A stretch of 64,000 nucleotides of DNA, from contig NC_043009.1 of assembly GCF_006345805.1 (NCBI RefSeq), forward strand, positions 38,316,001 to 38,380,000, in the 5' to 3' direction. Shown here one piece after another: positions 55,334-64,000 of this stretch. The translations under genes and the position numbers were made by a program. Each line of letters starts with the position of its first letter. Within the stretch, counting starts at the first letter, position 1. The stretch is from Octopus sinensis (taxonomy: Eukaryota). Under the pieces are notes generated by a model. It saw nothing but the letters and a program-made list of their open reading frames with translations. It did no database searches and was not told where the DNA came from.

Positions 55334-56239
55334 CAACAACAACAGCAACAATAATAATAAGAATCCTAAAAATAATAATTTCTACTATAAGTGCAAGACC
55401 TGAAATTTTGTAGGATGGGACTTGTCGATTACAGCGATTTCCGTGCTCGGCTGGTACTTATTTTGTCGACCCCGAAAGAATGAGAGTGAAAGTCGTCCTC
55501 CGCGGAATCTGGCTTCAGAACGTGAAGACGGACGAAACGCCGCTAAGAATTTTGTCCAGTGTGCTAACGATTCCGTCAACTCGTCGCCTTACCAATAATG
55601 ATAATGGTTAGATTCATTGACCCACAACTCGTGGCCAACAGAAGTAAGGGCTTTCACCGTCACACATTTTCTTTTTTTTCTATAGAGATTATACCCGTCG
55701 GCCTTTTTTCTTAGGACCCGTCGCTTTTGTATATTTTCTGGTACCATGTTGACAGGTACCTGTGCGTAAATTTGTATAAAAAAATACGCTGTCCCATAGC
55801 ACGATCATGTAAACACATGCGATAGTCAGAGCATTTTGATAGCTGAGCATTGTGAGTGATCGCTGGGGTATATTTGTGCGGTACAAGCAGAACCTTTGAC
55901 TGATCGCTGACCCGTGTTATCGCACATCAATCCGTAATAACATGTTTCACAATTGAATGCACTATGTTATCCCGGATCAGTGATAAATGGATCAGTGCTA
56001 TACGCGGCTACATTATCATTATCTTCCGTTGTACGTCTACGACCCAGTCACTCATGTTATATATTTCCTGTATACAGCTCATGTTGGTCAGATATTATCT
56101 GCGTAGGAAGTCAATTTTAGCTTCTCTCTCTTTCGCTCTCTTGTTCAATAATATACCAGTATCTTCTCGTTTTTATGTTCCCACTCTCGTCTTCCAAATG
56201 CTAACGTTTGTATCTCTCAACTTATATATTCTAATTTAT

Positions 56240-56500
56240 TATCAGTCTATCTTTGTGCTCATCATTTTGTTCGACAATCCTACATATCAACTACAGAATG
56301 AAAACGTTGTTTACTATACAATAGGGATGGTTTATGCGCAAATCTAACCACATCTTATGAAGAAGAGACAATAAAAATACAAATGGAAGGTTTGAAGAAA
56401 CAACATCAAAAGGGAAATTTCATGTATATTTTACCGAGATGCGCAGGATAAACATGATGGATCACTCCACAAAATAATCCCTATTTGAATATCATATTAA
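56240..56500 (+). pseudogene. Possible very decayed Penelope-like RT fragment
   Basis: IILFDNPTYQLQNE...TIGM.YA(N)LTTSYEE loosely echoes the ILxNNxFxF...GxAMG...YANLxMxYxE segment. Similarity judged by eye only. Confidence 0.2.
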
Positions 56501-57239
56501 CACATCCAACCGCAAATTCAATATGTAGTTTATTACACTGCTCTTTCATTTTTACGATATTGAGATGCATCTGAAACGAGTAGATATATGTGTGCTCTTT
56601 GCAACTATTAAGATACGATACAAAAGTAAAATAACAAAATCAAACAAAATACAGTTTATAATGTCTTTATTGTTTTAAATACCTATATTTAACTCAAGCT
56701 GTGATTTGAATGAGTATACGACTCTAACATATATCAGTAAAAGTATGTAATGTGATATACATGCATACAACACATACAGACACAGACACAGACACACACA
56801 GACACACACAGACACACAGACACACACAGACATAGACACACACAGACACACACAGACGCACATACACACGTGTGTGCGCGCGTGTGTATGCATGTATGTA
56901 CGTATGTATGTATTTGGCAACATCTATTGTAACTCGTACACTCGAAAGTGGAGCGACATGTTTTAACATACAAGTGTGAAATTGTTCTACAAGATTCAGT
57001 CCCATAGTAATTGCCGTTACAAATAGCTGATACACACGTATATACGTATATATATATATATATATATTATAATAAGTAAGAACAAAAGAATGAGACCTCG
57101 ATATTAGATAAATAGGATATTCTTTATATATGTTATAATTTAGAACAAATAGTAAGAGTTTGTCATTATAGTAATCAGAGTTTCGATGTATTCTCGTCGG
57201 CTATTAATGGTAAGAGACGCTATGGCATTCAGTATGTAA

Positions 57240-58230
57240 AGGCTTCATTTTTGTATTGTTTTGGTGAAGTAGCGAGTTGGACGGAGCTACCCTTCTTTGC
57301 ACCTCCTGCTGCGATTTGGGTTCATTTGTCCTGGTGTTCTTTGAAGACCTAGTCATTTATAAATCGCAAATCTTTGAGTTTGTTTGACAGAATGTTGAAC
57401 AACTGTAGGCCCTTGAAACCGAAGCTGTTACAGTACTTGGCCTTTATTTGAGATGGAGAAGATGGGATCTTTGGTATTATGCAGTGGCGTCCAGTTCGGT
57501 GGTTGGTATAACTTTAAAAGGCGGCGAGCTGGCAGAAACGTCAGCACACCGGGCGAAATGCTTAGCGGTATTTCGTCTGCGTTACGTTGTGAGTTCAAAT
57601 TCCGCCGAGGTCGAGTTTGCCTTTCATCCTTTCGGGGTCGATAAATTATGTACCAGTTACGCACTGGGGTCGATGTAATCGACTTAATACCTATGTCTGT
57701 CCTTGTTTGTCCCTCTGTGTTTAGCCTCTTGTGGGTAATAAAGAAATAAGTATAACTTTAAATTCCAAAGTTGGGAGCTAGACTTTCCAGGATCTTCTAT
57801 CTGCATATCACTGTAAATCTTTCACACCTTCTCTCTAGGAGTAGAACTTCAGTTCCTATAGCCGTTCCCAGTAGCTCGTCTGTTTCACCCAGTTATTCTT
57901 CTTTATATCGCTGGATGCTTTAAGTTCCGCCGCCAGTTTGATGCTCAGCGGTGATCATAGTTGGAAGCAGTAATCCAGAAAATTGACAACGAACGTTCCC
58001 CAAAGGAGTAGCATAGTACTCTTTTTCGCGTTCTGAATGATCTCAGAATCCATCCAGATCATTCAATGCAGATCATACTTTTTTTCAGGAAGACTAGCAG
58101 TTTCTCGTGTATGAAAGTTTTTGCATGTCACCAATGTTTTATTCAAGGAAAACGACTCCACCTTCTGCCCATACACCTTGGTTCCAATGTTATCGCAAAC
58201 GGTACTATGAGAAAGCAAACGCCAGGAACA
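57240..58230 (-). pseudogene. Decayed CR1-like LINE 3' region, interrupted by a SINE
   Basis: Frameshifted minus-strand reading ELKFYS-LERRCERFTVICR*KILESLAPNFGI*SY, and after the SINE, TGRHCIIPKIP...YCNSFGFKGLQLFNIL, matching the CR1 ORF2 C-terminus pattern. Confidence 0.8.
57519..57749 (+). mobile_element. Tail-B tRNA SINE with a 13-bp TSD inside the CR1 remnant
   Basis: GTATAACTTTAAA at 57506-57518 and 57750-57762. Confidence 0.92.
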
Positions 58231-59167
58231 GGTTCTGCAAGGCACATTTCCTGACCTTTTACATTTCCGCTCGGGAATTTCTCTTAAGGCTAGTTACTTG
58301 GCTTCCATGGCGTATAAGTGTCCAATATCACAACATTGAACGGGACGTCGACTTGTTGTACTGTCAAAAGATCTGTGGATAAACCGATCGCATTAATCTT
58401 ATTACTTGACTGGTACGCTAGTTTATCGAGCCCAGGCGGTGTGACACGCAAAGTAGATCTCATTAGGATTTGAACTCTGAATGTAAGGAGCCGGAAGAAA
58501 TACTGCATTGCATTTTCCGACGTTCTAACAATTCCGCCAATAAACCAGCCTTCTTCAAACAGTAAAATAACAGCGGTCTTACCTTCTAATGTATAACTGT
58601 CTTTGTGTCAATCACTCAGGGAAAAGAATAAAGAAATCATGGATGTAGGAGGAAATGTAGAGGTGTGAGGTATTGTTATAGAAAACAATGGGGAATTATA
58701 TACTTGTCTTGGTTTTTAATTATTTTATTTCATAATGTTTGAACGGTGTTTTTAATACAATAGAATGTAAGTTTACTTTCTTATAATGGCATATATTTAT
58801 TTTGGGAGTGTATTTTAAATATAACTTTTATTGAAATGGATTATTGTATCTTTACTTTCTTACTGCGGCATACAATTGTTTTTGCGACGTATTTTAGACG
58901 TAGATTATATTAGAACGGATTATGATAAACCAAGATATATATTATCATCTCTAAATGTAGCCTTCGATATAAATTCTATTGAAATAGATTATGATCAATT
59001 GGGAATATATTGATCTTTCTATAGTATTTTGAGACGTAATAATTTTTAACGAAAGGTAATTTAATAATGTAAAAAATATTGGAATATTGATTAGGTTAAA
59101 TTTATATTCAAAATTTCAATTTAAATTCCAAAATTTTTTAAATGGTTCAAATTAAATTTTAGAAGCG

Positions 59168-59841
59168 GATATTCGATTGTAACGGCTGGCTGTGAACTTG
59201 TTAAAAATGGATAATTTGGTGAATTCGAAAAATTTGAATAATTCGTTGAAAACGGTTGCTTGTATAGGGTGTGTTGAATATGCTGTGCTTATTTGTAATA
59301 ATTTTGAAGGACTGCGGTGGGGAGCGAAAAAAATTGAGCGGAATAAAAACAATGAGAGAAGAAAAAGAATAGAAGTAAATGGAAACCATATATTAAAAAA
59401 CAAAACTCAAACACGAAAAAACTAAATACGCAGAAACCAATTCACTATTGTTTACCAAAAAAAAACAATACCTTTCACCTCTACTCAAGCGACTCCTCCT
59501 AGTTCCATAATTTCTCTTTGTTTTAGCTTGATTGATTGACAGAAAGACAGCTTTACGGTTCGAAGACGAGACGGCATTTTATGTAACTGCTCGAAGTGCT
59601 CCCCACAAAGTGAAACGTGTGTACAAGGTGCAGGCATGGGTGTGTGGTTAAGCAGCTTCTTTTGCAATTATGCGCTTTCGCGTTCAGTTTTACAACGCAG
59701 TACCTTGAACAAGTACCTTCAACTATAGCTCTTGGCTGACCAATTCCTTGTGAGAATTTTCATGTTGCTTACTGTTGGTGACGTCCTGTGCCCTGTATGC
59801 ATATGTATATGTATGTATGTATATATATGTATGCATGTATG
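59168..59841. repeat. Left arm of a 674-bp inverted duplication
   Basis: Reverse complement of 60939-61612. The only mismatch I found is 59621/61159. The ORF track shows the same peptides on opposite strands. Confidence 0.95.
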
Positions 59842-59844
59842 GTG

Positions 59845-60010
59845 AAAATCTTGCTTCCCAACCATATGGTTTCCAGTTCAGTCCCACTGTGTGACATCTT
59901 GGGCAAGTGTCTTCTACGATAGCCTCGGGCCGACCAAAGCCTTGTGAGTGGATTTGGTAGAGGGAAACCTAAAAAAGCCTGTCATATATATATGTATGCA
60001 TGCATGTATA

Positions 60011-60095
<85 letters not shown>

Positions 60096-60300
60096 TATAT
60101 ATATTTGTATGTATTTGTGTCTGTGTCTGTTCCACTACCATCATTTGTCGACCGATCTTGGTGTGTTTACAATCCCGTAGCTTAGCGGTTCCAGGCTTAC
60201 AAAGAATAAGTCCAGGCGTCGATTTCTTCGACCAAAAGGCGGTGCTCCAGCATGGCCACAGTCAGAATGACTGAAACAAGTAAAAGAATAAAAGAATATA
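59845..60300 (+). mobile_element. CORE-like tRNA SINE in the spacer of the inverted duplication
   Basis: CTTGCTTCCCAACCATATGG, ending GACTGAAACAAGTAAAAGAATAAAAGAATA. Confidence 0.85.
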
Positions 60301-60313
60301 TAAATATATCCTT

Positions 60314-60350
<37 letters not shown>

Positions 60351-60696
60351 TGATAGATAGATAGATAGATAGATAGATATTACCCGAAATATTAGCGCCA
60401 AGCAGTGTTTATGGATATGCAAAGTTCAAGTTAGTTGAAATATTTGTGTCATATTTGAACTGCTAAAGGCAAATTCACTGTAGTTTCCGCAGAGAGAAAT
60501 TTTCCCTTATGGTAAAAAGGTGTGAAAACACCCTATCTGTTCACTGTCGCCATCACTCAAGATTCCCAGACGTCGATGTTCCTAGCTCGTTGGCTTTTAT
60601 CAATGGGAATTACCTAGGAGATGTAACTCTGAACAGATCTTTTAACGCGACAGCTTTATGTAAAATATAGTCAACAACGTTGACTGAGTTGCGCTA

Positions 60697-60771
<75 letters not shown>

Positions 60772-60822
60772 GTATATATATATATATATGTATGTATGTA
60801 TATATATGTATATATATGTGTG

Positions 60823-60855
<33 letters not shown>

Positions 60856-60864
60856 GTATATATG

Positions 60865-60925
<61 letters not shown>

Positions 60926-60938
60926 TTATACATATATA

Positions 60939-61612
60939 CATACATGCATACATATATATACATACATACATATACATATGCATACAGGGCACAGGACGTC
61001 ACCAACAGTAAGCAACATGAAAATTCTCACAAGGAATTGGTCAGCCAAGAGCTATAGTTGAAGGTACTTGTTCAAGGTACTGCGTTGTAAAACTGAACGC
61101 GAAAGCGCATAATTGCAAAAGAAGCTGCTTAACCACACACCCATGCCTGCACCTTGTAAACACGTTTCACTTTGTGGGGAGCACTTCGAGCAGTTACATA
61201 AAATGCCGTCTCGTCTTCGAACCGTAAAGCTGTCTTTCTGTCAATCAATCAAGCTAAAACAAAGAGAAATTATGGAACTAGGAGGAGTCGCTTGAGTAGA
61301 GGTGAAAGGTATTGTTTTTTTTTGGTAAACAATAGTGAATTGGTTTCTGCGTATTTAGTTTTTTCGTGTTTGAGTTTTGTTTTTTAATATATGGTTTCCA
61401 TTTACTTCTATTCTTTTTCTTCTCTCATTGTTTTTATTCCGCTCAATTTTTTTCGCTCCCCACCGCAGTCCTTCAAAATTATTACAAATAAGCACAGCAT
61501 ATTCAACACACCCTATACAAGCAACCGTTTTCAACGAATTATTCAAATTTTTCGAATTCACCAAATTATCCATTTTTAACAAGTTCACAGCCAGCCGTTA
61601 CAATCGAATATC
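60939..61612. repeat. Right arm of the 674-bp inverted duplication
   Basis: Reverse complement of 59168-59841. Confidence 0.95.
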
Positions 61613-62974
61613 GCCTTCGCCGTGAACAGATATTAATCTTCTCCCTTCGCTCCTTTGTGCCACATGAGCTCAACTCCCCTCCTCTCTTCATCTGACACAT
61701 CGCTTCACACCTACCTATCTCCTCTCTTCATCAATACCTCCCTCATGTATGTGTATGTGCGTGTGTGTCAGTGTGTGTTCTTAATTATACGATCTACATA
61801 TCCTATAATTCAACATAGAAGTGATGCCACGTTTGACATATATGTTCCTTCATTACATTACGAATGACAACAAAGCAGATATTTATACATGCGTTAATGT
61901 ATGACAGCACTAACTGCTCATCATAGCTGAAAAAAGCCTAAATCTTCAAATGTACTGATTTGTGTGAACATATTTCTGCTCTGTTGCATTTCCTTTTTCT
62001 CTTAAACTATGGCTTACCCAGGATATATATTATATATTGTGTAGAGAACGAGGTCGTGTATTTAATATCCGTATATTTTACAACACAAAGCAAACAGCAA
62101 TTTATTTTGTTTACTCATCACTTTTAAAAGAAAATATCAACTTCCTATCTTCAAGACTTTTAAAGATCCTACTTCACACCTTCAAATAAGTTGGGAAACA
62201 CTCATGAAAATGCAACATAAAGGCAGCATCCAAATTTGCAGGAAATGGTTATTTTAAAGGGTGGAAAAAATATTGTTGTGATGAAGAATATTATGATATA
62301 TTATATATATACATATGCACAGACAAACACACACACACACACACACACATACACGCGTACACAAACACACAAACAAATTTAACGGTTTAACGGGCGGTAG
62401 ATGGGGTCGGATTCGCGCCAAAATTTACACTGGGTGGTAAAATGGGGTGGGCAATGGTGTGAGGAGGGTTGCAAGTCGCTCGGGGCTACCGTTTGGTTGC
62501 CATGGTGAGGAATATGGGAAAGATTGAGTTTTATGGGATAGACAGGTTCCGCTGTTTGAATAATGGTGGCTTTTCGTTTTGCTGCAAGGGTTAGAGGTGG
62601 TTATCTTTAATCTAATCTATAAAAGGAAGAAGGCGAACGTTGATACAAATTGGATTTTTATGCAAAAGGGGTCTAAATGGGGTTGGAAGGGGATTAAAAT
62701 TTACAGGAGGGAGTAACTTAAGGTGAGAAATTGATTGGGAAACGTTTTGGGGCGCTACAGATGTTGCTTTGCTGTGAAAACGGGGATTTTATTGATTTTG
62801 GGGGACACTTTGGGGTCTAGATTGGACACCTTTTGCCCGATTTCAATCAAATTTTCAACATGGTAAAGTGTAAGCGGATTTAAGCGCAGAAAATGGGTTC
62901 GAAATTTTGACAATTAAGGCTGGATTTAAGAAACAGAAAGGAAGCAACAGAAAGTAATAGCCACACCCTCACTC

Positions 62975-63570
62975 GTTTGTCTGTCCTTGTTTGTCCCCTC
63001 TATGTTTAGCCCCTTGTGGCAATAAAGAAATAAGAAACGTTAGCACGCCGGGCGAAATGCATAGCGGTATTTCGTCTGCCGCTACGTTGTGAGTTCAAAT
63101 TCCGCCGAGGTCGACTTTGCCTGTCATCCTTTCGGGGTCGATAAATTAAGTACCAGTTACGCCATGGGGTCGATATAATCGACCTAATCTGTTTGTCTGT
63201 CCTTGTTTGTCCTCTCTGTGTTTAGTCCCTTATAGGTAGTAAAGAAATAGGTATTTCGTCTGCCGCTACGTTCTGAGTTCAAATTCCGCCGAGGTTGACT
63301 TTGCCTTTCATCCTTTCGGGGGTCGATTAAATAAGTACCAGTTACGTACTGGGGTCGATATAATCGATCTAATCCGTTTGCCTGTCCTTGTTTGTATGCT
63401 CTGTGTTTAGCCACTTGTGGGCAGTAAGGAAATAAGAATCGTTAGCACGTCAGATAACATGCTTAGCGGTATTTCTTCCGCCACTTTACGATTTTCATTC
63501 CTTAGTGATCAATAAAAATAAGAAACTACCCAAGTACTTGGGTCGATATAATCGACATGTCCCCTTCCAC
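62975..63570 (+). mobile_element. Tandem tRNA-SINE array (truncated tail B, B, B, older A)
   Basis: Tail-B junctions to AGAAACGTTAGC (63033), GGTATTTCGTC (63250) and AGAATCGTTAGC (63435). Confidence 0.9.
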
Positions 63571-63894
63571 AAAGAAAAAAAGAAACTGGCCTAGAATCTG
63601 CGAGGAACCGGTGTCCGTTGGAGAGAATGTTTCGATTTCGGTTAGTTAAGCATCATGGAAACTAAATAATCGGCCTTATTAACCCTAGGGATCGTGGAAA
63701 AAGAAAAAGAGATTTTTAAAATTAAAGAAACAGAGAAAAATATAAAAAAAAAGTAATAACAGTAATGATGTGAAAACGTCATTAGGTGTAACGAAAATTA
63801 TTTTTAGTTGGAACAAGCAAGAGAACTAATATTTCAACTAGTCGAAAAAATGAGATGAGCAGAAGTGGAGGGTGAAGATTGAGTCTGATCTTTG

Positions 63895-63908
63895 GTAGCC
63901 ATGGTAAC
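63895..63908. promoter_or_regulatory. Candidate RFX X-box motif
   Basis: GTAGCCATGGTAAC fits the GTNRCC-N(0-3)-RGYAAC consensus. Motif match only. Confidence 0.3.
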
Positions 63909-64000
63909 AACTCCGGATACAATTTATATCGTTTCAAATAAATTTAACTTATTTTGTATTTTTCTTCATTCGATGTCGCTGATATTGGTGTGTGTAGCTT

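Noticed and set aside
55964-56347. 127-aa hydrophobic ORF
   Set aside because: Composition is explained by T-rich sequence, with no domain; the end may overlap a decayed retroelement.
59192-59425. 77-aa ORF present twice (also 61355-61588)
   Set aside because: Duplicated only because of the inverted repeat; low-complexity A-rich end and no coding evidence.

Overview
Repeat-dense, AT-rich eukaryotic DNA. The SINE families and the density of (TA)n/(CA)n/(CATA)n/(AAT)n microsatellites look like an octopus (coleoid cephalopod) genome; this is inferred from recalled repeat sequences, not from a search. No intact protein-coding gene can be identified, and almost all ORFs in the track are microsatellite translations. 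Supported content: three mariner remnants (one internally deleted copy with intact TIRs and TA duplication), three fragments of restriction-like-endonuclease (RLE, R4/Dong-like) LINEs, a decayed CR1-like LINE, a non-autonomous Helitron, a Penelope-like terminal fragment with a minimal hammerhead-like motif, and many tRNA-derived SINEs of several families. A few weak exon candidates exist; the best is a minus-strand terminal exon at 48826-48997. Most interesting observations: (1) a SINE variant whose 3' tail lands inside its own family in 12 of 14 cases, 11 of them at two fixed sites, building tandem arrays, with an apparent RGWAT target motif; (2) a 674-bp inverted duplication with one mismatch around a 1.1-kb spacer; (3) two RLE LINEs embedded in different microsatellites, (AAT)n and (CATA)n, that share a 3' terminal decamer.
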